In this document: positions 18,923-28,911 of the stretch, in pieces
Numbering within the stretch: the first letter of the stretch is position 1
Layout of the letters: each line of letters opens with the position of its first letter
Origin: a virus
Taxonomy: Duplodnaviria > Caudoviricetes
DNA length: 57,201 bases
Reading direction: 5' to 3' (one strand)
IMG/VR virus record: IMGVR_UViG_3300036766_001162
Span: 1-57,201 of that record
The notes under the pieces: generated by a model
The model's database searches: none
Told to the model about the DNA's origin: nothing
Seen by the model: the letters and a program-made list of their open reading frames with translations, nothing else
Position numbers and translations under genes: made by a program

Positions 18923-19879
18923 ATGCCCGAGCCGATGACCGTCGCCGCCTACGCCGCCCGCTGGTTGCGGCGATTGCCGGCCCTCGTAGAACCGCCCACC
19001 GTCGCCAGCTATGAACGCCAGATGCGGCTGCACGTCCTGCCCTTGCTCGGAGAGCGGACGCTGGCGGCCCTGACGCAGCCCGATGTCCGACACGCGCTGT
19101 TCGCCCTCCGCGCCAAGGGCCTCAGCAAAACCACGCTCCGGAATCCGCTCTGCGCGCTGCAGTCCATGCTGAACGAAGCCGCCGCCGACGGCCTGGTGAT
19201 CGGCAACGCCGCTCTCGGCGCGGGCAAGCGCATCGTGCAGACCGGCCTCCGCCCAGTCCGGCATCCCATGAGCGAGGCCGAGTTGCTGCGCTTCATCCCC
19301 GCCGTCGACCACCACTACCGGGAGATCATGCTGTTCCTGGTGCTGACGGGCCTCCGCATCGGCGAGGCCGTCGGGTTGCCGTGGGGCGCCGTCGACTTCG
19401 CCACGCGCCGGGTCCGGGTCGCCCAGACGTGGACATACGGGAAGCCCACGCCCACGAAGAACCGCGAGGTCCGCTTCGTCGACCTCTCGCGCGGCGCCAC
19501 GGACCTGCTCGCCGTGCGCCGCGATCAGCACCCCACGGATGCGTGGGTGTTCCAGTCGGCGGTCCGGGCGCTCCCCTGCGACTCCAGCATGGTCCGGCGT
19601 GCCATGCGGGCTGGGCTCGCCGCGGCCGACCTGCCCATCGCCTGGACCCCCCATGCGCTGCGGCACACCTTCGCCACCCGCCTGCTCGGGCTCGAGGACC
19701 CGCAGACCGTGCAACGCATGCTCGGGCACGCCAGCATCCAGACGACCGTGGACCTCTATGGCGCCTTCCGGAAGCGCCGGCCACTGGCCTCGCTCGACCA
19801 GCTCGACCTGCCCGTGACCGCCCACCACCGCCCCCCGCTCCCGTTACGCCCGCTGCGATCCGTGAAGCTGCGCGCGTGA
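18923..19879 (+). CDS. int: Tyrosine integrase
   Basis: SAM-like N-domain; catalytic R (TGLRIGE), K (TKN), HALRH, LGH and Y (VDLYG). Confidence 0.95.
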   Translation: MPEPMTVAAYAARWLRRLPALVEPPTVASYERQMRLHVLPLLGERTLAALTQPDVRHALFALRAKGLSKTTLRNPLCALQSMLNEAAADGLVIGNAALGAGKRIVQTGLRPVRHPMSEAELLRFIPAVDHHYREIMLFLVLTGLRIGEAVGLPWGAVDFATRRVRVAQTWTYGKPTPTKNREVRFVDLSRGATDLLAVRRDQHPTDAWVFQSAVRALPCDSSMVRRAMRAGLAAADLPIAWTPHALRHTFATRLLGLEDPQTVQRMLGHASIQTTVDLYGAFRKRRPLASLDQLDLPVTAHHRPPLPLRPLRSVKLRA

Positions 19880-20212
19880 GGAGGCCCCCCCGACCGCCGT
19901 AGGCGGATGCAGGGGCTCGGGGCTGGGGGCCGATGCCCGAATGCACCCACCATTCGAGCGCGGGCGGCGCTTGCCCGGCTGCGGGGCTGGCGCTGGCGCT
20001 TCTGGTGCCGGCGCGAGCCCGGCCAACTCCTCGATGGTGACCTCGTGACCCCGTTCGCGCGTCGCCTTAGCGACGGCGATGGCGTGCCGGGCGTCGAAGA
20101 TGCGGCCCGCCTTGAGCCAGCCGTACACGGCGGGTCCGCTGACTCGACAGATCACGGCAACGTCCTCGACACGCCCTCCGAGAATCTGCATCGCGCGTTC
20201 GATCCCTGTCAT
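19844..20212 (-). CDS. Cro-like HTH regulator
   Basis: GGRVEDVAVICRVSGPAVYGWLKAGRI; first gene of the leftward unit. Confidence 0.75.
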   Translation of the reverse strand: MTGIERAMQILGGRVEDVAVICRVSGPAVYGWLKAGRIFDARHAIAVAKATRERGHEVTIEELAGLAPAPEAPAPAPQPGKRRPRSNGGCIRASAPSPEPLHPPTAVGGASSRAQLHGSQRA

Positions 20213-20327
20213 GCCCGAGCGTCTAGCATGGCGCGCGCGCCGCCGTCAAGCTGAGCTTCCAGCGTTCTGCAGCACCACTTTCAAGCCTACTTGACACGTA
20301 CCCTTTCGCCCGGCTATATGCTGCGGC
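20213..20327. promoter_or_regulatory. Divergent promoter/operator region
   Basis: Minus strand: TTGACG(20249-44)-N18-TAGACG-N7-ATG. Plus strand: TTGACA(20291-96)-N18-TATATG-N7-ATG. Palindromes AAGCTgAGCTT (20248-58) and TCAAG-N4-CTTGA (20281-94) each overlap a -35 box. Confidence 0.7.
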
Positions 20328-20531
20328 ATGCCTGACGGAATGCCGCCCGCCGCTTGGACGCCCGAGGCGATTCGGGCGCTCCGCAAACGGCTCGGATTGG
20401 TGCAAGACGATTTCGCGGCGCTCGTCTGTACGCGCCAGACAGTGGTCTCTCGCTGGGAAGCCGGGGCGGCACACCCCCTGCGCGCGTTCTGTCGGAAGCT
20501 CGACCTGCTCGCCGCCGAGGGCGCCCGATGA
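20328..20531 (+). CDS. Small XRE-family HTH regulator
   Basis: IRALRKRLGLVQDDFAALVCTRQTVVSRWEAG..P. Confidence 0.85.
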   Translation: MPDGMPPAAWTPEAIRALRKRLGLVQDDFAALVCTRQTVVSRWEAGAAHPLRAFCRKLDLLAAEGAR

Positions 20532-20533
20532 CC

Positions 20534-20932
20534 TCAGTGGGGGGGATCGACGAAGTCGTTGAACTCCGCGAGCAACACTTCCCGCGGGGGCGTGCAGCCG
20601 TACATGCGGTCCACCGGGTTGTCGGCGCACCAGGCGTCGACCTGGATCCGATAGCGCCCCTCGCCTTGCGCGATCTTCTGCACGATCCAGGCGGGATACG
20701 GCGTGGCAAGCGGCCCTTCGGTGGTGACCAGGAAGTCCGTCGCGTTGCGGATCTTCCAGTGGCTGCGGGCGCTGATCCACTGCACGACCCGCCCCCACTT
20801 GACCTCGCAGTCGTCGCCGCGCGTGCAGAACATCGGCCGCTCGGCGAGCGCGACAACGTGGGGATCGGGGACGTAGGGCCGGAAGCAGCCGGCGAGCAGG
20901 ACCAGGGTGAGCGGGAACCAGCGGGTACGCAT
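20534..20932 (-). CDS. Lipoprotein (moron; possible superinfection exclusion)
   Basis: Signal peptide with lipobox LLAG-C; own promoter TTGACG(20969-64)-N18-TAGGGG-N7-ATG. Confidence 0.75.
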   Translation of the reverse strand: MRTRWFPLTLVLLAGCFRPYVPDPHVVALAERPMFCTRGDDCEVKWGRVVQWISARSHWKIRNATDFLVTTEGPLATPYPAWIVQKIAQGEGRYRIQVDAWCADNPVDRMYGCTPPREVLLAEFNDFVDPPH

Positions 20933-21132
20933 GCCGGGTCCCCTACGCTCGTCGCGTTCGCGGCGTCAACCCCGCGCGGTCCTGAGTGGCCCACGCTCGA
21001 GTGCGCCGCGGCGGACTGCCACCTCCACCTCTGCCCCACCTGCCCGACCATCTACGAGCACATCGACGTCGCCTGCGAGGCCGGGCTCATCCGCGTCTGC
21101 TGGCGCTGTCGCGCCACGAAGGAGGTTCCCCG

Positions 21133-21369
21133 ATGATGCCCGCTCCACACGTCTCACCCCGCAACACCGACGGCTGGCGCCCCGACTACTGCGATCACCG
21201 CGATCAGGAGTATCCGCGCGGCCAGGTCGTGAGCGTGCCAGACCCGACGCTGCCGCGCAGCTACCGGCTCGTCAGCATCGCAATCCTCGGGCTGACCCTG
21301 TGGGCGCTCGGGGAGCTGGGCATCTATGCCGCGGCGCACCAGCTCTTCGCGTGGGGCGTTGGCCGATGA
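21133..21369 (+). CDS. Small membrane protein
   Basis: GGAGG RBS; hydrophobic LVSIAILGLTLWALG segment. Confidence 0.55.
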   Translation: MMPAPHVSPRNTDGWRPDYCDHRDQEYPRGQVVSVPDPTLPRSYRLVSIAILGLTLWALGELGIYAAAHQLFAWGVGR

Positions 21370-21659
21370 GCCTCCGCGACACCTGGCGCCCGGACCCGGG
21401 CACGGGCCTCCTCGGCACCAGCCGGATGGCGAGCGAGCGCGGGGCACGCGACGCCCGCGACGACCGGCCGCTCTGCGAGGTCTTCGAATGCACGGGCTGC
21501 CGGCACCTCCAGGTGCAGCGCGTGCCGGACCGGCCGGGGCAGTTCCGCGTGATCGACCGTTGTAACCGCTGCCACCAGCCGGTGCGCAGCCTCGGGCGTG
21601 CGCGCGAGGGCGAGCAGCTCCCCGGCGCCACCCCCATCACGAAAGGAGTCCTTCCATGA
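21366..21659 (+). CDS. Zn-ribbon hypothetical protein
   Basis: CTGC...CNRC; ATGA coupling. Confidence 0.55.
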   Translation: MSLRDTWRPDPGTGLLGTSRMASERGARDARDDRPLCEVFECTGCRHLQVQRVPDRPGQFRVIDRCNRCHQPVRSLGRAREGEQLPGATPITKGVLP

Positions 21660-22882
21660 GCACCCCCCACGCCGTCACGTTCAGCAAGGCCACCAAGAAG
21701 CAGGCTCGCGCGCGCGTCGCCTTCTGCGGCCCCTCGGGCACCGGCAAGACGTTCACCGCGCTCTCCGTCGCGCGCGGCCTCGTCGGCCCCGAGGGGCGCA
21801 TCGCCCTCATCGACAGCGAGCACGGCTCGGCCGCCAAGTACGCCGACCTCTTCGACTTCGACCACTGCATCCTGACGTCGTTCAGCCCGGACCGGTACGT
21901 CGAGGCCATCCACGTCGCCGAAGAAGGCGGCTACGACGCGATCGTCCTCGACTCGCTCTCGCACGCCTGGATGGGGAAGGACGGCGCGCTTGAGCAGGTC
22001 GACGCCGCCGCCGACCGGTCGCGGTCGGGCAACAAGTTCGTCGCCTGGCGCGAGGTGACGCCGAAGCACCAGGCGCTCGTCGAGGCGATCCTGCAGTCCG
22101 CCTGCCACGTGTTCGCCACGATGCGGTCCAAGACCGAGTACATCCTCGAGAAGGACGAGAAGGGGAACAGCGTGCCGCGGAAGATCGGCATGGCTCCCGT
22201 CCAGCGGGACGGCATCGAGTTCGAGTTCGACGTCGTCGGCGACCTCGATCTCCGGCACAAGCTGCTGGTGACGAAGTCGCGGTGCCCGGAGCTGGCCGAC
22301 CAGGTGATCGAGAAGCCGGGCGCCCGCTTCGGCGAGCGACTCCGCGCCTGGCTGACCGACGGCGCCCCGGCGACGCCGCCCTCCCCCGAGGTGGTGATCG
22401 GCGGGCGCACCTACCGGACCGCCGGCATCACCGCCGCCGACGTCCAGGTGGTGCGCGATCTCTCGGCCGCGCTGGATGCGCTGCGCGGCGAAGGCGCGGG
22501 CCGCGCCCTGATGCTCGCCACAGTGCAGAAGGATCGGCTGGTCATGCTCACCGCCCCCGAGGGCACCAGCGTGATTGGGGCCCTCCGGGCCGCCATCACC
22601 GGGGTCACGGGGACGCCGCCGGTGGCGGGTAGCACCCCGACGCCGGCGCCCGACGAGACCCCCACCGGCTCGGGCATGATCACCCTCGGGCAGCGCGGCA
22701 CCCTCCTCGAAGCGTGCTGCGAGTCTGGGCTCGGGTACGAGACGCTCAAGGAGTACCTCGGGCGCGAGCACGGGATCGCTGCGGTGTCGGACATCCCGGT
22801 TGCCCTCTACCCGACAGTCGAGGCCTGGATCCGGGCCGCGGCCGCGACCCGCCCGGAAGCCGCGGGGTCGTCGGCCGCATGA
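21656..22882 (+). CDS. AAA ATPase, Sak4-like recombination protein
   Basis: GPSGTGKT, IALIDSE, IVLDSLSH, FEFD; adjacent to the exonuclease and SSB genes. Confidence 0.85.
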   Translation: MSTPHAVTFSKATKKQARARVAFCGPSGTGKTFTALSVARGLVGPEGRIALIDSEHGSAAKYADLFDFDHCILTSFSPDRYVEAIHVAEEGGYDAIVLDSLSHAWMGKDGALEQVDAAADRSRSGNKFVAWREVTPKHQALVEAILQSACHVFATMRSKTEYILEKDEKGNSVPRKIGMAPVQRDGIEFEFDVVGDLDLRHKLLVTKSRCPELADQVIEKPGARFGERLRAWLTDGAPATPPSPEVVIGGRTYRTAGITAADVQVVRDLSAALDALRGEGAGRALMLATVQKDRLVMLTAPEGTSVIGALRAAITGVTGTPPVAGSTPTPAPDETPTGSGMITLGQRGTLLEACCESGLGYETLKEYLGREHGIAAVSDIPVALYPTVEAWIRAAAATRPEAAGSSAA

Positions 22883-23478
22883 GCGAGACCCTCCACTTCG
22901 ACCCGATCGCCCACGAATACCGGTGGGGCGATCGGGTGCTCCACGGCGTGACCGACATCCTCACGGCCACCGGGATCGTGTCGTACGCGCACGTGCCACC
23001 CGACGTGCTCGAGCACGCGAAGATGCGGGGCCTGGCCGTGCATGCGGCGATCCATGCCCGCGCGATCGGGGAGGCGCCGGTCCTCGACGACGAGACCATC
23101 CCGTACGTGATGGCCTGGGACCGGTTCGTACGGGAGACCGGCTACGTCTCGACGCATGTCGAGCGGCCGCTGGCGGACCCGACGCTCGGCTTCGCCGGCA
23201 CCCCCGACGACGTCGGCCTCCTGGGTGGGCTGGCCACCGTCGTCGACCGGAAGGCCGTCGCGCAGGTGCAGGGCTCCACCGCCGTGCAGCTCGCCGCCTA
23301 TCGGTGGCTCTGCAAGGTGAACTGCATCGCCGCCGTGCGGCGGATCGCCGTGCAGCTGCGGCCCGACGGCACGTTTCGCCAGATCGAGTATCGCGATCCC
23401 GTCGATGAACAGGAATTCCGCGCGGCCCTGCTGCTCGTCCAGCGGCGGACCGCGCGCAACGGAAGGAGTCTCCGATGA
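22879..23478 (+). CDS. PD-(D/E)XK (Cas4/RecB-like) exonuclease
   Basis: HEY..GVTDIL..RGLAVH..FAGTPD..VVDRK..QLAAY. Confidence 0.8.
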   Translation: MSETLHFDPIAHEYRWGDRVLHGVTDILTATGIVSYAHVPPDVLEHAKMRGLAVHAAIHARAIGEAPVLDDETIPYVMAWDRFVRETGYVSTHVERPLADPTLGFAGTPDDVGLLGGLATVVDRKAVAQVQGSTAVQLAAYRWLCKVNCIAAVRRIAVQLRPDGTFRQIEYRDPVDEQEFRAALLLVQRRTARNGRSLR

Positions 23479-24170
23479 GCGTAGCCGCGACGGCGCTGGC
23501 GAGCGCCCAGACGACCGAGTTGGAAACCCGCACCCGCACATGGCCCGAACGGGCGCGCGCCGCGGCAGTCACCGACGCCGACAGCTTCCGCCAGGCTGGC
23601 GAGTTGCTGACCGGCATCAAGGCGCTGCGGAGTGAGATCGCGTCCACATGTGATCCGGTGATCGCGGCGGCGCACAAGGCGCACAAGGCGGCCACCGGCC
23701 AGAAGCAGACGCTCGAGGGGCCCCTCGTCGAGGCGGAGACGATCATCAAGCAGAACATGGCGACCTGGTCGCGCGCCGAGGATCAGCGGCGTCGCGACGA
23801 GGAGGCGCGGCTGACCGCGCTCGCGCGGCAGCAAGAGGAGGAGAGCCGCCTGGCGGAAGCCGTCGGGCTCGAGGCGGCGGGGGAGCCGGAGCTGGCGGCC
23901 GCGGTGCTGGACGCGCCGAGCACCACGGCCGCCGTGACCTTGCCGAAGGCCGCCGCCGACGGCGTGAGCATGCGCCAGCTCTGGCGGGGCGAGTGCCTCG
24001 ACCTCCGGAAGCTCTGCGCCGCGATTGCCGACGGCACCGTGCCGCCGAACGCGGTGGTCGCGGACCAGAAGGTGCTAAACAACATGGCCCGGGCCCTCAA
24101 GGAGAACTTCAACTGGCCCGGGTGCAAGGCGGTGGTCGAGACCTCGGTGGCCGCGCAGGCGCGGTACTAG
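23475..24170 (+). CDS. Coiled-coil phage protein of the recombination module
   Basis: 231 aa, helical; coupled to the exonuclease gene. Confidence 0.7.
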   Translation: MSVAATALASAQTTELETRTRTWPERARAAAVTDADSFRQAGELLTGIKALRSEIASTCDPVIAAAHKAHKAATGQKQTLEGPLVEAETIIKQNMATWSRAEDQRRRDEEARLTALARQQEEESRLAEAVGLEAAGEPELAAAVLDAPSTTAAVTLPKAAADGVSMRQLWRGECLDLRKLCAAIADGTVPPNAVVADQKVLNNMARALKENFNWPGCKAVVETSVAAQARY

Positions 24171-24173
24171 GCC

Positions 24174-24632
24174 ATGGGCTCGCTGAATCGCGTGCAGCTC
24201 ATTGGGCACCTCGGGAAAGATCCCGAAGTCCGGTTCACGGCCAACGGGGTCGCCGCCTGCCACTTCTCGATCGCGACCACCGAGCAGTGGACCGATGCGC
24301 AGGGCCAGAAGCAGGAGCGCACCGAGTGGCACCGCATCACGGCCTGGGCGAAGCTCGGCGAGGCGTGCGGCAAGTTCCTCGCGAAGGGGCGCCAGGTCTA
24401 CGTCGAGGGGAAGATTCAGACCCGGTCCTACGACAAGGACGGCCAGACGCACTACGCGACGGAGATCATCGCGCACAGCGTCGTGTTCCTCGGCGGCGGG
24501 GCTCGCGCGGGCGATGGGACGCGCCCCGACGGCGCAGCCCCGGCGGCTGCAGCGGAGGACGACATCCCGTTCGCCTGGGCGATCGTGCCCTTCGCCGGGC
24601 TGCTGCTCGGCCTGCATACGTGGGTTGCGTAG
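24174..24632 (+). CDS. ssb: Single-stranded DNA-binding protein with an atypical C-terminal extension
   Basis: [30 protein letters not shown]; DDIPF is followed by 19 extra residues. Confidence 0.95.
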   Translation: MGSLNRVQLIGHLGKDPEVRFTANGVAACHFSIATTEQWTDAQGQKQERTEWHRITAWAKLGEACGKFLAKGRQVYVEGKIQTRSYDKDGQTHYATEIIAHSVVFLGGGARAGDGTRPDGAAPAAAAEDDIPFAWAIVPFAGLLLGLHTWVA

Positions 24633-25002
24633 TAGCATTGGTATCATGGTCGCACGTACGCAGACCCCGATGAGCCCGTTGGAGGCATGATGAAGCCAAG
24701 CGGACTCACATTCGAATAACAAGCACGCCTCCCGTCGCATGCTCATAGTGAGGGGGCACTGCAGGCATGGCGGACGGCGACAGACTTGGGGTTGCAGGAC
24801 TGCGACCGGCTCTTGAGCCGCTGCACCGACCTAGAGGCGCGGGTCAAGGCGCTGGAGCCACGGCCCTAACGGCGACAACGGTATCTTTGCACTGAGGAGG
24901 GGAAATGGGTTCGCCAGTCATAGACAAGGAGCGGCTGCATAACGTGTGCAAGATCGGCCAGGGACCCGAGACATGTCGCTACGTCACGGGGAGCGCGGAA
25001 GG

Positions 25003-27960
25003 ATGACGCTCAAGGAACAGAACCAGAAGCTCCGCAAGGCTCTCACCGAGCTGATCGCGGTGGCGGAGCGGATGGCGACCGACAAGCCGCGCGGGCAGCG
25101 GCACGATCCCGACTGCCCGATGTGCTCGGCGGTAGCGCGGGCGGGGGCGGTGCTCGGTGACAACCAGGGCTAGGCAGGTGCGCGGCGCACTCGCAGGGAT
25201 CGGATGGATACTCGGATTGGCGATGAACCGTGTCTCGGACCCGCAGGCGAGCTGGGCCGCGGCAGTGGTGTTCGCCTATAGCGCACTCTTCATGCTCGGG
25301 GCGCTGTACCTCACCATGGTCCTGGCCCTCGAAGCCGTGTTCGAGGATCGCGACCAGGCGAAGGCCGAGGCCGCCAACAAAGAGACGGGAGCGGGGAAGT
25401 GACGAAGCTCGGGGACACGGCCGTGGTGTTGTGGCTGTTAGTCCCGGCGTTCTGCATGTTCGGGATGATGTCCACGATGGCGGGGGTGGTTCCGCGCACG
25501 ATCGGGGATCGCTGCGTCCTCGGATTGATCCTCTGGTTCGCTACCAGCGCGGTCGGCGCCGCAGCAGTGGCGTTGCACTGTATCTGGTTCGGCGACAAGG
25601 CGAACACGGGAGAACGCGAATGACAAAGCTCGGACAGATGCTGACCACGGGGAGCCCGAGCTTCGCGACGCCCGCCGATCTCCTCCATGTCATCGGCCCT
25701 CTGCTCGCTGTGCTGGAGGCAGCGCGGAGAGAGTACGAGGCGCACGCTGCCCACGGTCGCCGGCATTTCGGAGGACGGGCGTGCGAGTGCCTCTACTGCG
25801 AGGCGTTCCAGGTACTGCTCCCGCCCTGTGACGCCGACCCGCTGCTCGCTCCCGTCGCGCCCACGGGGGAGGGGAAGTAGGATGTCGTATCCGGGCCCCT
25901 GGGTCGTGAAGCACCGCATCTCCGAACTCCGAGGGGACGCCGATCCGTGGGAGCGTCCCGACGAACACTGGGAGGTCATCGACACGGATGGGCGCCTGCT
26001 GGTCTACGTCAGTGATCCCGACCTGGCCGAGCTGCTGCGGGCGGCGCCCGAGGTACTGGAGGAGCGGGAGCGGCTGCGGGCGCTCGTCGCGCAGCAGGAG
26101 GCATCGCTGGTGATCCTGCGCCACGCGGCGTCGCCTGTGAGTGACGACCCGAACGACGTGGACCCGGTGCTTCCGTGCGGCTGCCCCATGACGGCCACGG
26201 GTGGGCATCGCCCCTCGTGCTGGCTATTCGGCGCGCAGGAGGGGCCGTGAAGCCCACCGGCGCCGCCCTCGTGGACCTGCGCAATCTCGTCGTCGAGGAG
26301 CACGAGACGAGCCACGGCCTCGACGTGGACCGGCGCTCCGATCGGCTCTCGACGTGCCACAAGGCCATCTGCCGGTGGGCAGCGCGCGAGCTGGGGGACC
26401 AGGAGTTCCCACCGCTGCCGATGCAGGGGGACCCAGCGTGATGGACACGGGCTACACGCACGCCGAACTCCGCGCGATCTTCAACGAGTACGAGCGGCGG
26501 ATTGCGAAGCTCGAGGAGCGGGTGGATGTAAGGACTGGACGGGAGTCATGACGACCTCACGACGGCAACGCCTGCTTCTCGCAGCCGAGACGGGTCGGTT
26601 ACGCGACGCGCTGGAACACAATCGGATCGACTCAGACGTCGCGGACCTCGTGGTGGACATCTGTATGCGGTACGCCGAGCCGCGCCGAGGGCCGCGCCGC
26701 ACGGTGCCAGCGTTACCGTTCAGTCTCGTCACGAAGGGATGCTAGAGGCAGTAGGACGATGGCCTTCAAGAACGACGCCGCCAGCTACCGCGTCCAACTC
26801 ACCGATCGCGAGGGCACGATCCGCCAGCTGGTGGAGCTGGCCACGCGGATCATGGGGGGCGAGCCGGCGACGTTCGCCCTCAAGTTCCTCGGTCTCAAGG
26901 GGTCGTTTGTCCACCCGGCATGTCTACGGAAGGCACGTAGTGCCAAGGCGAACAAAGAGACGGGAGCGGGGACGTGACGACACGTTTTGAGCAGAACCTC
27001 GACGTGGGATTTCCGGCGGTCGAATGGCGGATGGCTGAACAGTCGATCCGTCGGCTCCTGGCAGTGCTGGAGGCGGCGCTGCTGGTGCGTCACAATATGG
27101 AGCACGGGTCGCCCTGTCTGCAGTTGGTATGCACTTGTGGCGCAGTGGAGTTCTGGCAAGCCTGCGACGCGGCAATAGCCGATCCACTCCTCGCTCCACA
27201 GGCGAACACGGGAGAACGCTGATGTCGACGGCTGACCTGCTGGTGATGTTCGTATCCGTCGCGGTTCTGATGGGAGCAATGTGGCTGTTCGGGTATGCGT
27301 GCGGTAAGGCTCCCGGCGCGCCCAAGGGCAAGGCGAACACAGGAGCCGAGTGATGGATGGATTCGCAACACTTCCTGACTTCACGCATTGGCCGATCCCC
27401 AGCCTGGCACTGAACGATCTAGAGGACGCGCTGCGCCATGGGCAACCTACCCTGAGTCAGCGGCTCCAAGCGGCGGCGATCATCGGGGCATATCGGCAAC
27501 TCGTGAATGTATCAGGAGATCGTCGGGCTGATCTGGTGCGGTGGATTCGCGCGGCCCAGGCGCGCGCCTACGCGCCCACGGGAGAATCGAAGTGAGACCA
27601 TGCCTGTACTGCCCAGACCGCGTGGACAAGCATCCGGCGTTGCCGGGTCGCGTTCTCTGCGCGTGGTGTCTCCTCTGGTGGAACACGCCGCCGCGGGGTT
27701 GGTGACAACGGACTGAAGGGAGCGGGGGGATTGGGATGAAGCCACAAGAACGCGAGGTGCTCCGCGCGGCCGTCCTCTGGGCTATCGCCAGAGACCAGCA
27801 GGGCGGGTTGGAGGACGAAATCAACGACGTCCCGAACCACCCTTCCCTGCCCGAACTGCGGAAGCTCGTGCGCACCTATGAGCGCGCGGAGACGCGGCTG
27901 CTGAAGGCAGCGCGGGTGCTGGGCGCGACGTGCGACAGCATGAACGACGTCGGGCGGTAG
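25003..27960 (+). other. Array of about 13 small, tightly coupled hypothetical genes (e.g. 25003-25173, 25157-25402, 25399-25623, 25620-25880, 25882-26250, 26247-26441, 26548-26745, 26759-26977, 26974-27222, 27222-27353, 27350-27595, 27736-27960)
   Basis: Overlapping stop/start codons and GGAG-type RBSs; several products are hydrophobic. Confidence 0.65.
25376..27582 (+). repeat. Family of gene-junction repeats
   Basis: AACAAAGAGACGGGAGCGGGGA(A/C)GTGACGA at 25376 and 26951 (29/30). AGGCGAACACGGGAGAACGC at 25598 and 27200 (20/20), with a variant at 27331. CGCGCCCACGGG at 25856 and 27571. Confidence 0.85.
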
Positions 27961-27987
27961 CTCGGCGCATAGGGACTGGTTTCTCGA

Positions 27988-28422
27988 ATGAAGCCTAAGC
28001 CAAAACCCAAGACACCCTGCTTCCTCTGGCCCGGCATGCGCGGGAGCAACGGGTACGGCCTTCAGTGGTCGAACGCTCGGAAGCAGCCGGTTGGCGTCCA
28101 CGTCATCTTCTGGGAGCACTCGCACGGCCCCGTGCCGAAGGGGAAGATGGTGTGCCACCGCTGCGACGTGAAGCACTGCTATCGGCTGAGCCACCTGTTC
28201 CTCGGGACGCACCAGGACAACATGACGGACGGCGTGCTCAAGGGGCGGTTCCGGCGCGGCGAGAACCATTCCGCTGCCAAGCTGAACGACGTCGCGGTCC
28301 GCGTGATCCGGTACTTCCTTGCGCGTGGCATGCCGCAAGGAAGACTCGCGCAGGCGTACAAAGTCCACGTCCGGGTCATTTCGGCAATCAACGTGCGCCA
28401 CACGTGGAAGCACGTGGCCTAG
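27988..28422 (+). CDS. HNH endonuclease with a C-terminal HTH
   Basis: CFLW..GYG..HGPVPKG..VCHRCD..HLFLGTHQDNM; related to 13178-13987. Confidence 0.85.
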   Translation: MKPKPKPKTPCFLWPGMRGSNGYGLQWSNARKQPVGVHVIFWEHSHGPVPKGKMVCHRCDVKHCYRLSHLFLGTHQDNMTDGVLKGRFRRGENHSAAKLNDVAVRVIRYFLARGMPQGRLAQAYKVHVRVISAINVRHTWKHVA

Positions 28423-28911
28423 CGAACAAGAGGCAGATGCAACCGCCACGAGTGACCGCCCGCGACTGGCAGCGTCTCCGCGCGCTCGCACGAGTTGTGG
28501 AGTCGATCAAGCGACGACACCGGGCGCTCCGGACGCGGCTCGGGCTCAGTAGCAAGTCGAAGTAGGGGGAGGACGATGGGCAGCTTACGAGACGAGTACG
28601 GCGTTACGGTGGTGACGATCTATCGCGTCGAGTGCGTGGCCTGCGGAGCCGCGATCGCAGAGGGCCCCCGCGAGGACGACGCCACATCGCTGGCGATTCG
28701 TCACGCGGGGGAGCACGAGATGCGTGCTACCAAGCGGGACATTGCACCGGGGGGGTGAAATGGAACTGTGCTCGCACCCCAAGGGACACTTCTTCTCGAT
28801 CTGGCGTACGCTGTCGTCCCTCGGCACTCAGCTTCGCCAGCGTCGAGTGTGCCTGTGGTGTCCAGAGCAGCAGCACCGCACCGTGCAGCGCGGAATGGAC
28901 GAGGAATGCGC

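Noticed and set aside
22879-23478. cas4 as part of a CRISPR system
   Set aside because: Its context is a Sak4-exonuclease-SSB recombination module, with no array or other cas genes.
25376-27595. CRISPR array or integron attC interpretation of the junction repeats
   Set aside because: Spacing is irregular and gene-sized, the repeats are coding and non-palindromic, and no cas genes or integron integrase are nearby.
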